A stretch of 64,000 nucleotides of DNA, from assembly GCA_965216635.1 (NCBI GenBank), contig OZ244188.1:2240001-2304000 (forward strand), in the 5' to 3' direction. Shown here piece after piece: positions 19,280-29,900 of the stretch (its first letter is position 1; each line of letters opens with the position of its first letter). Made by a program: the position numbers and the translations under genes. Below the pieces are notes generated by a model. The model saw nothing but the letters and a program-made list of their open reading frames with translations. It was not told where the DNA came from and ran no database searches. The stretch comes from a bacterium. Its GTDB lineage: Bacteria > SAR324 > XYD2-FULL-50-16 > G965216635.

Positions 19280-21097
19280 ATGCAAACATACAAAAAATCT
19301 TTTTTAGTAGAATGGCTCACCACAGTAGACCATAAAAAAATAGGTATCCTTTATTTTTTCACTGCGGTTTTCTTTTTATTTGTTGCCGGTTTAGAGGCTC
19401 TGCTCATTCGCACTCAACTGATTGTCCCCAACAACGATTTTCTCGTTGGTATGGCTTTTAATAAGACATTCACTATGCACGGCACGACTATGATTTTCTT
19501 AGTTGTGATGCCTCTTAATGCTGCGTTTTTTAATTTTATTATGCCCTTGCAAATAGGAGCTAGGGATGTGGCTTTTCCAAGACTTAACGCCTTTACCTAC
19601 TGGATTTTTCTATTTGGCGGGCTTTTCTTGCACGCCTCTTTTTTCATTCCTAATGCAGTGCCAGACGGTGGTTGGTTTGGTTATGCAAACCTCTCCTTGA
19701 AAGACTATCTGCCTACTTTGAGTATGGATATTTGGTTGTTTTCTTTGCAGATATTAGGTTTGTCTACACTAGTAGCTTCTTTCAATTTCTTTATAACTAT
19801 TTTGAATATGAGAACCAAAGGAATGAGCTTTTTTAGGATGCCACTTTTTACTTGGACTACGCTGGTTACACAACTTTTGATTATTATGTCTTTTCCAGTG
19901 ATAACAATCGCTTTAATCCTATTAATGTTTGATAGAATTTTTGGCACCAGTTTTTATAGTGCCGAAGGCGGTGGTAATGTTGTTCTTTGGCAACATTTAT
20001 TTTGGATATTCGGGCATCCTGAAGTTTATATTTTGATACTACCTCCCATGGGCGCAGTATCAGAGATTTTGGCTACTCAATCTAGAAAGACTATTTTTGG
20101 CTATCCCCTAATGATAATTTCGGTGTGTGCTATTGGATTTTTAGGTTTTTCTGTTTGGGCACATCATATGTTTTCTGTAGGTATGGGAAAATGGGCGAAC
20201 GCTGCTTTTGCTGTAGCCACGATGACAATTGCTATTCCTACTGGTGTGAAAATTTTTAACTGGCTCTTTACGATGTGGGGAGGTTCTATTAAAATCAATT
20301 CCGCTTTTCTTTTTGCAATAGGCTTTGTTTTGATGTTCACCATCGGCGGTATTACTGGCATTATGCACGCTTCTGTGCCAGTAGATTTACAGCACCAAGA
20401 TACTTATTTTGTTGTCGGACATTTTCATTATGTTTTGATTGGCGGCTCTTTGATGGGTATTTTAGGAGCTATTTACTACTGGTTTCCTAAAATGTTTGGC
20501 AGGTGTTTAAACGAAAAAGTTGGGATTATACAATTTATTTTGCTTCTTATAGGAATGAATCTGACTTTTATGCCAATGCACTTTTTAGGAGTAGAAGGTA
20601 TGCCTCGCAGAATTTATACTTATGGAGCAGAACAAGGCTGGACCTACTGGAATCAAGTGACCACTATTGGTGCCTATATTCAAGCTATTTCTTTCGTTTT
20701 GTTTTTCTCCAATATTTTTGATAGTTTAAGAAAACCAAAAAACGCACCCGCAGATCCTTGGAACGCAAGAACTTTGGAATGGTCTATTTCTTCTCCCCCA
20801 CCAGAATTTAATTTTTATAAAAATCCAGAGGTGAAAAAGATTGATGATTTTTGGTATAACAAACAAAAAATAAAAGATAAAGCTATTGAAAAATTAAAAG
20901 GAAACGAACGAGTGCATTTACCTAATCCTTCTTGGTATCCTCTTTTATCCGCTGCATCGCTGATCTTTTTGCCCATAGGCTTGCTGATTTATTCAGCGAC
21001 AGATAGCACGGTGCATTCTGTTTTGCTTGTGTCTGTAGTAGGATTTTTAATGACTATCTTTTTTGGTTTTAAGTGGGCGCTTGAGCCTGCCGATTAA
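19280..21097 (+). CDS. coxA: Cytochrome c oxidase subunit I (A1 type)
   Basis: DHKKIG, GHPEVY, WAHH, HFHY, GMPRR. Confidence 0.97.
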   Translation: MQTYKKSFLVEWLTTVDHKKIGILYFFTAVFFLFVAGLEALLIRTQLIVPNNDFLVGMAFNKTFTMHGTTMIFLVVMPLNAAFFNFIMPLQIGARDVAFPRLNAFTYWIFLFGGLFLHASFFIPNAVPDGGWFGYANLSLKDYLPTLSMDIWLFSLQILGLSTLVASFNFFITILNMRTKGMSFFRMPLFTWTTLVTQLLIIMSFPVITIALILLMFDRIFGTSFYSAEGGGNVVLWQHLFWIFGHPEVYILILPPMGAVSEILATQSRKTIFGYPLMIISVCAIGFLGFSVWAHHMFSVGMGKWANAAFAVATMTIAIPTGVKIFNWLFTMWGGSIKINSAFLFAIGFVLMFTIGGITGIMHASVPVDLQHQDTYFVVGHFHYVLIGGSLMGILGAIYYWFPKMFGRCLNEKVGIIQFILLLIGMNLTFMPMHFLGVEGMPRRIYTYGAEQGWTYWNQVTTIGAYIQAISFVLFFSNIFDSLRKPKNAPADPWNARTLEWSISSPPPEFNFYKNPEVKKIDDFWYNKQKIKDKAIEKLKGNERVHLPNPSWYPLLSAASLIFLPIGLLIYSATDSTVHSVLLVSVVGFLMTIFFGFKWALEPAD

Positions 21098-21117
21098 TTT
21101 TTTTATAAAATATCAAA

Positions 21118-21714
21118 ATGATTTTTACTCAAATTTTGTCAGTTCTAGCAACGCAGTTAAACGCTGCTGTGTTTATAGTACTTGTCATATTAGTAGGTAT
21201 GTTTTTTCTATTTTATAAGTTTGGAGGGTTTGTAAGCAAATGGACAGATAGAGACAATGCCATTAAAGATTTACAAAAAAAATGGGATAAAAGTATTCCT
21301 CATTTACAAACTCGGATGGATTTGATTTTTCAGAAAGTCTATTCAGACACTGTAACTAAATCAGAAAGTCCAGTTCAACTCACAGAAGTAGGCAAAGATG
21401 TATCGGAAGCACTGAAGGCAGAAGATTTTATTGAAAAAAACAAAGAAGTATTAGTAAAATTAGTAGATAAAGAACATCCAACAAGTGCCTATGATTTGCA
21501 AAAGGCGTGTTTTTTGGTAATAGAAGAACATTTGGTGAATTTATTAGACGCATCTGGGATGAAAATAGCCAAAGATAAATCGTTCCAATATAGTTTACCC
21601 TTAGATCATACTTTGGAAGTTTTTGCTGTTTTACTTCGCAATAGACTAATGAAAGAGAGTGGATATAAATATGGGTTAGAATCAACCGATTCTAATATTT
21701 TATCTTCTTCGTAA
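21118..21714 (+). CDS. Hypothetical protein with N-terminal TM helix
   Basis: 198-aa ORF filling the coxA-coxC gap; no recognised motif. Confidence 0.7.
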   Translation: MIFTQILSVLATQLNAAVFIVLVILVGMFFLFYKFGGFVSKWTDRDNAIKDLQKKWDKSIPHLQTRMDLIFQKVYSDTVTKSESPVQLTEVGKDVSEALKAEDFIEKNKEVLVKLVDKEHPTSAYDLQKACFLVIEEHLVNLLDASGMKIAKDKSFQYSLPLDHTLEVFAVLLRNRLMKESGYKYGLESTDSNILSSS

Positions 21715-21730
21715 AAATTTAAAAAAAAAT

Positions 21731-22336
21731 ATGAGTTATGTTCCTTGCACTGGCGTAGATAGTAGAAAAATAGGTATGTGGGTCGTTATTGGTTCTGAAT
21801 GTATGCTTTTTGGCACTCTCATTATCAACTATATTATTTCTGCTAGTAAAATTATTAGAGACCCCAGCCCAGGTTTGATAAAACCTATAGAAATTTTTAA
21901 CATTTTAGTTACCTCTACAAGCACTTTTGTGCTTTTAATGAGTTCTTTGGCGATGGTGCTTTGCCTCGCGGGACTCAACGAAGGTAATTTGCGTAAATTT
22001 CGTAAGTGGTGTTTTATCACGGCATTGCTTGGAGCTGTTTTTTTAGGATTTCAAGTTTATGAATTTACCGAATTTTATCTAAAAGGATTAGGTTTTACCC
22101 ATAGTATTTTCAGTTCTGCTTTTTTTAGTCTTACTGGAACTCACGGTGCCCATGTTTTTGTAGGCGTTGTAATGCTTACTGGAATTGGTGTGTGGTCTTT
22201 CAAAGGAGATATTAACGCGAAGAGGCACTCTGTTGTTGTGGAAACTATTGGATTATACTGGCATTTTGTGGATGTGATTTGGATTATTATTTTCACGGTT
22301 GTTTATTTGTTTGTATATGCTCCACTCCCTTATTAA
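21731..22336 (+). CDS. coxC: Cytochrome c oxidase subunit III
   Basis: GMW...SE, LTGTHGAHV, GLYWHFVDVIW. Confidence 0.95.
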   Translation: MSYVPCTGVDSRKIGMWVVIGSECMLFGTLIINYIISASKIIRDPSPGLIKPIEIFNILVTSTSTFVLLMSSLAMVLCLAGLNEGNLRKFRKWCFITALLGAVFLGFQVYEFTEFYLKGLGFTHSIFSSAFFSLTGTHGAHVFVGVVMLTGIGVWSFKGDINAKRHSVVVETIGLYWHFVDVIWIIIFTVVYLFVYAPLPY

Positions 22337-22411
22337 GACCACCGCGTTGGTGTTATGTTTAGCCCATGCTTCGTTAAGTCTAGGTTACATAACACCAACG
22401 CAATGGTCTTA
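22334..22411. repeat. 78-bp imperfect palindrome
   Basis: TAAGACCA..GCGTTGGTGTTATGT pairs with ACATAACACCAACGC..TGGTCTTA; begins at the coxC stop. Confidence 0.85.
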
Positions 22412-22441
22412 AACTATTAGTAATTTTAATTTAATAAAAAA

Positions 22442-22738
22442 ATGTCCGCACACGCATCCAATAAAACTTACTGGCTGGTAGCCTTAATACTTGCTGTTAT
22501 CACTGCACTAGAAGTAGCCTATCCTTTTGCGACGGCTGGCATTGGTGGTTTGGATTACTACTATATGCCAATTTTGGCATCAATGTCTGCCTTAAAATTC
22601 TTTTTAGTTGTCGCTTTTTTTATGCACTTAAAATTTGATACTTCGTTGCTGACTTGGATTTTAATGTTCTCACTTGGTTTGGCGTTCTCTATAAGTGTTG
22701 CTATGATGGTCTTGTTTAGTGTAATCAAATGGTGGTAG
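22442..22738 (+). CDS. Cytochrome c oxidase subunit IV (caa3 type)
   Basis: Three TM helices, KFFLVVAFFMHLKFD motif, operon position. Confidence 0.85.
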   Translation: MSAHASNKTYWLVALILAVITALEVAYPFATAGIGGLDYYYMPILASMSALKFFLVVAFFMHLKFDTSLLTWILMFSLGLAFSISVAMMVLFSVIKWW

Positions 22739-22786
22739 TTTCTAGCGATTATGCTTTGGCTAAATAGAACGCAAATTTAAAACGCT

Positions 22787-23542
22787 ATGCTTTCCCCTGA
22801 GACTATCCAGCGTTACTCTTCCCAAATTATTCTCCATGAAATAGGAGCCTTAGGGCAAAAAAAAATCTGCGATGCAAAAATTTTAATCATAGGCGTCGGA
22901 GGATTGGGTTCTGCTTGCTCTCTTTATCTAGTGGCAGCAGGTGTTGGTTTTTTAGGTTTATTGGATGACGACAAATTAGAACTTTCCAATCTGCACCGTC
23001 AAATTCTCTACAAAAGCAATTCTATAGGTAAGGAGAAAACTACTCTAGCCCAAAACAGACTCAAAGAAAATAACCCCAACTTACACTTTGAACTCTACAC
23101 AGAAAGATTTGATTTTTCTAATTACAAAAAAGAAGGAACACAAAAATTTAAAGACTACAATTTAATTGTAGATTGCAGTGATAATATGCAAACAAAAATC
23201 TCTGCTAACCGACTCGCACTCTATCATAAAATCCCTATTATTTTTGGAGCTGCTATTCAATGGAACGGAAATGTTTTTGCCAGCCGACCCTTTCAAGACG
23301 CTTGCTACGAATGTCTTTACAGTTTAGTAGAGACAGAAGCCCGTTGTGATGACTTGGGAGTTATGGGTCCCCTTGTAGGTATTATAGGGAATATACAGGC
23401 ACTCACTGCTATAAAAATTATAACCCAAGAAAATAATAATGCTATTTTTAACACAATGCACTTTATAGATGGCTTGCATTTTCGCTTACAATCCATCAAA
23501 CTAAAAAAAAAGCAAAACTGCCCCGCTTGTTCCAAACAATAA
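22787..23542 (+). CDS. MoeB/ThiF family adenylyltransferase
   Basis: RYSSQI, GVGGLG, LSNLHRQIL, DCSDN, CYEC, CPAC. Confidence 0.9.
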   Translation: MLSPETIQRYSSQIILHEIGALGQKKICDAKILIIGVGGLGSACSLYLVAAGVGFLGLLDDDKLELSNLHRQILYKSNSIGKEKTTLAQNRLKENNPNLHFELYTERFDFSNYKKEGTQKFKDYNLIVDCSDNMQTKISANRLALYHKIPIIFGAAIQWNGNVFASRPFQDACYECLYSLVETEARCDDLGVMGPLVGIIGNIQALTAIKIITQENNNAIFNTMHFIDGLHFRLQSIKLKKKQNCPACSKQ

Positions 23543-23562
23543 GCCTATTTAGATATTTAACT

Positions 23563-23619
23563 ATGCAAGCAAGAATTCAATCTATCCGTTTAAAAAATTT
23601 TAAGTTACAAACAACATAA
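23563..23619 (+). pseudogene. Possible N-terminal remnant of an ABC/SMC-like ATPase
   Basis: MQARIQSIRLKNFKLQTT* resembles the I.SI.LKNFK first strand of such ATPases; very short. Confidence 0.3.
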
Positions 23620-23630
23620 GCAAAATAATT

Positions 23631-24752
23631 ATGAAAATCAGACCTGAAATAATAAGGGTGAAAGCTGATAATTTATTATTAGACGATAAAAATCCTCGGC
23701 TACCAGAAAATGTTTCTATCTCTACGCAAGAAGAGATTTGGGAATTTATGAAAAAGGCATACGATTTAGATGAATTGGCTTTGTCTATGATAGCCAATGG
23801 TTATTTTGAAGCAAAGCCTATGGTGGTTATTCCTAAGGATTGTGAGTTTGCAGAAGGACAAGAAGATGCTTACAACACTTATAAAAACAATCTTGAGAGT
23901 CAATACATAGTTGTAGAAGGCAATAGGAGGCTCTCCACTATTCAAGGATTATTAAAAAATAAATTTTCAGAGTGTTTGCTTACTAATGACTTGAAAAAGC
24001 AATTTAAAGATTTACCTGTTTTATTCTATCCTAATAGAAAGAATGTACTGACATTTTTAGGAGTTCATCACTTAGCAGTAGTGCGTAGATGGAGGATGTA
24101 TGAAAGAGCTAGCTTTATTGTAAAACTCAAGCATGAAAAAAAGATGTCTATTGAAGATATTCAGAAAACTATAGGAGACAAAAGAAATTCCGTTAAGAAA
24201 ATTTATGTGTGTTATAAGTTGGTTGAAATAATTAAAAACTACGATGCTGATTTTAATACAAATGATGCCAAATCTAACTTTTCGTTTTTACCATTAGCTA
24301 CAGGGCAAGAACCTATTAGAAAATTTATCGGATTAGAATCTTGGAACAATATCGCAGATTTAGAACAACCAATTCTAGATGATAAAAAAAAAGATTTAAA
24401 ATTTTTGTTTGAGTGTTTGTTTGATAACAACAGTAAAAAAAGATTAATAAGAGAGTCTAGAGATATTACCAACAAATTAAATAAAATATTTGAAGACGAA
24501 AGTGCTACTCAAATATTCAAAGATACTTTAGACATAAACGTTGCCTTTGATATGGTTGGTGGAGAACTTATTGGATTGAATAATCTTTCTAATCAAGCAA
24601 AAAAAAGACTTGAAACTGTGAATGCAAAATTATCTGGTATGAATATTAAAAATCAAGTTTCTAGTCACGAAGAAGGACAAAAATTGCAAAACCATATAAT
24701 TACAATAAAGAATATTGTAGAAGATATAAATAAAAAATTTGAAAATGAATAA
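23631..24752 (+). CDS. ParB/Srx-like N-terminal domain protein
   Basis: LLLDDKNPRL and YIVVEGNRRL motifs. Confidence 0.7.
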   Translation: MKIRPEIIRVKADNLLLDDKNPRLPENVSISTQEEIWEFMKKAYDLDELALSMIANGYFEAKPMVVIPKDCEFAEGQEDAYNTYKNNLESQYIVVEGNRRLSTIQGLLKNKFSECLLTNDLKKQFKDLPVLFYPNRKNVLTFLGVHHLAVVRRWRMYERASFIVKLKHEKKMSIEDIQKTIGDKRNSVKKIYVCYKLVEIIKNYDADFNTNDAKSNFSFLPLATGQEPIRKFIGLESWNNIADLEQPILDDKKKDLKFLFECLFDNNSKKRLIRESRDITNKLNKIFEDESATQIFKDTLDINVAFDMVGGELIGLNNLSNQAKKRLETVNAKLSGMNIKNQVSSHEEGQKLQNHIITIKNIVEDINKKFENE

Positions 24753-25593
24753 TTTTATTGAATTAGAAAAAAACTTACTTCTTTGTGATTCTGTTTCTAA
24801 GCAATCTTTGAGAAGCGAAATAGAAGGTAGCGAGTTAGATGAACAGGAGAATGATGCAGAACAAGATGATGGTATTGAAAGTAAATCAAACGATGAATTT
24901 GATAAATATCTTAAATTGGCTAATTTATTCGGGAATGATGTTTTTATTTATGATAAAGACACAGAGACTATTGCTTTTAGTGAAAACTTTCAAGCAAAAT
25001 CTGAATACTTACTTTGTATTGAATGTATGAAAAAAATAGATAATAAAGATGTTCGTGACAGAATGTCTGGTCTATTTGAAGAATGTTCTGCGGAAGCAAT
25101 AAAAAATTATTTAGGTAAAGACGCTCAATATAAATTGATTGATGACACACGGAAACAAACAATAGATTTTGAAAAATTTTGTAGTGAAGAATTATTTGAA
25201 AAAAATCATCCTAATGCTCAAGAAAATTTTGAGAATAATGAAAAAATTCCTAGGTGCGATGTAGTTGCATGGAAACCTTTAGATAAAATGAGTGGAAAAA
25301 TTATTCTACTAGTACAATGTAAGTCTGGAAAAAATTGGAAGAACAGTACTGCCGTGAATCTACGTTTATGGAAAGAAAATTTAATTTATTTTACCTGTGA
25401 ACCTATAAGTGTTTATACTATTACAGATATAATAGATGAAAATGAATCTTTCATTGATAGAGGTAAAGAAAAAGGATTAATATTAGATAGAGCAAGAATT
25501 ATTCGCTTATTGGCAACAGCAAAAACAGATAAAATTGAAAAAGTAAGAATCCAAATTAAAGAACTTTTTAAAAACAGTAAATTACGAGTATGA
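24739..25593 (+). CDS. Putative PD-(D/E)xK-type nuclease
   Basis: FEE..A, CDVVAW..LLVQCKSG; overlaps both neighbours; ATG start may be 24745. Confidence 0.6.
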   Translation: MKMNNFIELEKNLLLCDSVSKQSLRSEIEGSELDEQENDAEQDDGIESKSNDEFDKYLKLANLFGNDVFIYDKDTETIAFSENFQAKSEYLLCIECMKKIDNKDVRDRMSGLFEECSAEAIKNYLGKDAQYKLIDDTRKQTIDFEKFCSEELFEKNHPNAQENFENNEKIPRCDVVAWKPLDKMSGKIILLVQCKSGKNWKNSTAVNLRLWKENLIYFTCEPISVYTITDIIDENESFIDRGKEKGLILDRARIIRLLATAKTDKIEKVRIQIKELFKNSKLRV

Positions 25594-26915
25594 AATTTAT
25601 TGATCTATTTGCTGGTTTAGGCGGTTTTCATATTGGGCTTAAAAGTATAAATGCTGAATGCGTATTTCCTTGTGAAATAGATAAAAATTTACGCAATTTA
25701 TATGAAGAAAATTTTGGAATAGAATGTCAAGGTGATATTACTCAAATAGATGAAAAAAAAATTCCACCGCATGATATTTTATGTGCGGGGTTTCCTTGTC
25801 AACCTTTTTCAAAAGCAGGCAAACAAAAAGGATTAAGTGATGTAGGTCGTGGAGATTTAATTTATAAAATTATTGATATTCTTTCTCATCATCAACCACA
25901 ATATTTTATTTTAGAAAATGTCCCTAATTTTAAAACTCATAATGAAGGAAAAACTTGGAGAAGAGTAGAAGAACAATTGAAAAATTGTGGTTATTTTATA
26001 CAAGATTTAATCTCCTCTCCGCATGATTTTGGTATCCCACATAAAAGAGAGAGAATATTTATTATTGGTTCTAAAAAAAGCATTTCTTTACCTTTTTTTT
26101 CAAAAACTAGTGAGCAAGATATAAATGAATTTTTAGAACCAAATAACCAAACCGACAAAAAACTATCTGATAAACAATTAAAATGTTTGAAATTGTGGCA
26201 AAAATTTATTTCAGTTTTACCTAAAAAACAACCACTTCCAAAATTTCCTATTTGGGCTATGGAATTTGGTGCAACATACCCTTTGAACAGCAAATGTCCT
26301 TACTATATGTCTGTACAGGAATTAGCAAAATACAAAGGAGCTTTTGGAGAAAGCCTTAAAGATTTTTCAAAAGAACAGCAACTTCTTAAATTACCTAGCT
26401 ATGCTATTTATCAGCAAAAAGAATTTCCAAAATGGAAAATAAATTATATTCAAAAAAATAGAAATTTTTGGAATGAGAATAAAAAAATCATTGAACCCTT
26501 ACTCCTTCAAATAAAAACTAATATTAACAGTTGGCAAAAATTAGAGTGGAATGCTGGTGATGATCAAAGAGATATTTTTAAATATGTATTGCAATTTAGA
26601 TCCTCTGGAATTCGTGTGAAAAGTCGTTGTTCTGTCTCTTCTTTAGTACTGACAGGAACACAGACTCCCGTTATTGCTTGGGAAAAACGCTATTTAAATT
26701 TAAGAGAAGCTCAAAAATTACAAGGTTTTGAAGATATTAATATTGCCCTAGAATCAGAATCACAATCATTTAGAGCTTTAGGCAATGCAGTAAATACAAA
26801 GGTTGTCCACGAAATTGTGAAAAAAATATTCCCAAAAGAAGTTATTGTTGCGGGTGCGCTAAAAAAACAAAGTATAACAATACCAATAGTTAACTATAAT
26901 CAACACAGAATTTAG
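25590..26915 (+). CDS. DNA (cytosine-5) methyltransferase
   Basis: DLFAGLGG, GFPCQPFS, LENV, RERIF, LQGF, GNAV. Confidence 0.95.
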   Translation: MKFIDLFAGLGGFHIGLKSINAECVFPCEIDKNLRNLYEENFGIECQGDITQIDEKKIPPHDILCAGFPCQPFSKAGKQKGLSDVGRGDLIYKIIDILSHHQPQYFILENVPNFKTHNEGKTWRRVEEQLKNCGYFIQDLISSPHDFGIPHKRERIFIIGSKKSISLPFFSKTSEQDINEFLEPNNQTDKKLSDKQLKCLKLWQKFISVLPKKQPLPKFPIWAMEFGATYPLNSKCPYYMSVQELAKYKGAFGESLKDFSKEQQLLKLPSYAIYQQKEFPKWKINYIQKNRNFWNENKKIIEPLLLQIKTNINSWQKLEWNAGDDQRDIFKYVLQFRSSGIRVKSRCSVSSLVLTGTQTPVIAWEKRYLNLREAQKLQGFEDINIALESESQSFRALGNAVNTKVVHEIVKKIFPKEVIVAGALKKQSITIPIVNYNQHRI

Positions 26916-26955
26916 TTGTAAAGACAGTATTTTGTATAAAATTATTTTCTAATAA

Positions 26956-29900
26956 ATGTATCTTTCCAAAATTGTTATTTCAGGTTTCAAGTCTTTTTTA
27001 GAAAAAACTATTATAGAATTAGAGCAAGATAAAATTACTGTTATTGTTGGTCCTAATGGTTGTGGCAAAAGCAATATTTTTGATGCTGTGCGGTGGGCTA
27101 TTGGCGAACAAAGTATGAAATCTTTACGCTCCCCTAGTGCAGAAGATATTATTTTTGCCGGGGCGCAAAAGGCAGCAGCAGTCAATCTGGCTCAAGTCCA
27201 GCTTTATTTTCTTAACGACGAAGAAAAAGACTTACCTAAATACGGAAAAATCTCCGAAATCCAAATTTCAAGAAAACTCTTCCGCGACGGCAACAATCAA
27301 TATTCTATCAATCAAAGAAGTTGTAGACTCTTAGATGTCCGAACCCTGTTGATGGATATAGGTTTGAGCTATGCAGGGTATTCTTTTATTGAGCAAGGCA
27401 ATGTCACTCAAATCGTGCAGAGCAAACCAGAAGAAAAAAGAAAGATTATAGAAGAAGCAGCAGGTTTAATGAAGTTTAAAACCCTTAAAAAAGAATCAGA
27501 AAATAAATTAGGGCAAGCTCGACAAAACTTAGAAAGAGTAGAAGATCAAAGATTAGAACTAGAAAAACAGGATAAAAAACTAGCTCGCCAATCCAAACTA
27601 GCTGAAGAATACACATGCGTGCAAGGAAGGTTGAATTTATTAAAAAGACAAATTATAGCTTACCAGTACCAAGAGGCGCAGGGAGCACTCCAAGATGTGA
27701 TGCAGAAAAGACAGCAATTTTCTTTTGACGCTACCAAACAAAAAATCACCACAGTAGAGAGTTTTTTAGAGAATGTAGAAGAACAAGCAGAAAAGAATAT
27801 TCAAAAAGTAAAATCTACTGAAGAATTTTATTTAGAACTAGACAAACAACTACATAAAATTATTACTGAAAAACAGATTAAAGAGCAGCTATTTTTAGAA
27901 TCTGAAACTTGGCTTAGCAAGCAAGAAGAGGAAAAAAAAACTATTGTAGAAAAAATAACAGAAATTCAAGAAGAGTTAAAACAATATCAAAATCTATCCC
28001 AAAAAGAAGAACTGGTTAGTTTAGAAAAAACAAAAAAGGAAGAAAAAGACAAGTTGTTAAAACTACAAGAAATGCTCAAGCCCCTGATTTTTAAAAAAAA
28101 CAAGTTACTCAAATCCTATCAAGAATTAGATAGAATTCTTGCTCAAAAACAAAGTCTTATAGAGTTTCAGATAAAAGAGCTAAAAACTGCAGAGCGAACA
28201 GAAACAGGCGAGCAAAAAAGAAAAGCTGTAGTTGCTGCAGAGCAAGAAAAAAACATTCAAGAACATTTACTCAAAAATCTCAAAGAAAAACAAAAAAAAC
28301 TAGGGCTTATAAAAGAGCAAGAGCATATTGATTTTAAAGAAAAGCAAACTTTGTATGAGAAAAACAAAATCAGTCAAAACAATCTGCAAAATAATTTGCT
28401 AGAATTGAAACAAAAGCTAGCCCACAAAAAAGAGATTTTTGCGTTTGAGGATTCCTTGAAATTGCTCCAAAATTATTTTTCAAATAACTCTGAGCTAGCT
28501 GCTCAAGAAATCGGCTTTATAGGAATTTTAGGAGATTTGGTATCAGTTCAGAAAACTGCACCTCGGGAGACATTTCATTTTTTTGACAGATTTTTTTCTT
28601 GCGTTGTTTTTTCTCATCAAAAAAAACTACTGCAGATTGTAGAAATTTTAGAGAAGCTACAAATTCATTCTTTAGAGATGATTTTTTTAGATTCTTTAAT
28701 ACCTCAATTTCAAAAACCTAGCTCAGAGGATTCTTTCATCACCCAATTACAATTTTCTGGAAAATTACAAAAACAAGAAAACTTAAAAAGTTTTTTTTCT
28801 CCTATCACCAGTTTTAAAACTCTTCCCTTAAAAACAGAAGTAAATCCGTTTTATTCTCCGAATGTATTTTCTAGTTTTCCTAATCTTTTGGAATATAAAA
28901 ACACAAAGAGCTTTACTCAATCAGAAAAGTATTTAGCCCATTTGGGTAGTCTAGCAGCTTACCAAACGCAAATAGACACAACCCAAAAAGAGCTAGATTC
29001 TCTCAATTATGTGATGAAAAAATTGCAAACCGACATACAAACGCAAAAAAAATCTTTAGAAATATTGGAGGTAGAAATCAAACAAAGTCAAGCAGAAATT
29101 TTCTCAGCCAATGAAAAATACTGGCAACTCAAAAACCACTATCTTAATGAGAGTAAAATAGTAGAGCAGCAAAAAAAATTAAAGCAGCAAAGAGAGGCTA
29201 CGCAGAAGCAGCTTTTTCAAGAAGAAAAGGAGACTAGCGAGATGACAAAAAAAAGAGCCAATTTAAAAAAAGAAATTCAACTGTGCGAGACTCAAGAAAA
29301 GGAATGGAAACAAAAAGAGCAAGAGCTTTTGCTTAAAAACAAGGAAGTTCAAGAAAAACTGCATCTTTTTTTACCACAACTAGAATATAGTGAAAAAGCA
29401 AAACAGAGATCGGAGAGTGATTTAAAATTCAATCAAGACTTACTCAAAAGAAAAAATCAACAAATAGAATCCTTTTTAAAAAGTATAGAAGACAAGCAAA
29501 CACAAAAAGAAGCAGCAGAGACAATCAAACAAAAAGAAGAGCAAAAAATGATAGCGAAAAAAACATGGCAGTCGCAAAAAGAAATTTCCAATTCACTAGA
29601 AGAGCAGAAAAAAAAGAAAGAAGAAGAATACCACCTACTCACCAAAAAATTAGCTGAAGAACAAACCGCCTATTATGAGAGTGAAGCTCAAATTTCTCAA
29701 TTTGCAGAAAGAGTCAAAAATTTTGAGGAGCAACTACAAGAGCAGTTTAGTACCACAGCTGATGAGGTTTTAAGAAATTTTGGGGAGCAAAATTTTGATC
29801 TTTCTAACGCCAAAGAAGAAATGCAGAAATTACAAAATAAGATGCCTAGCTTTTCCCAAGTCAATTTGGGGGCAAAGGAAGAATACCAAGAAACTCACGA

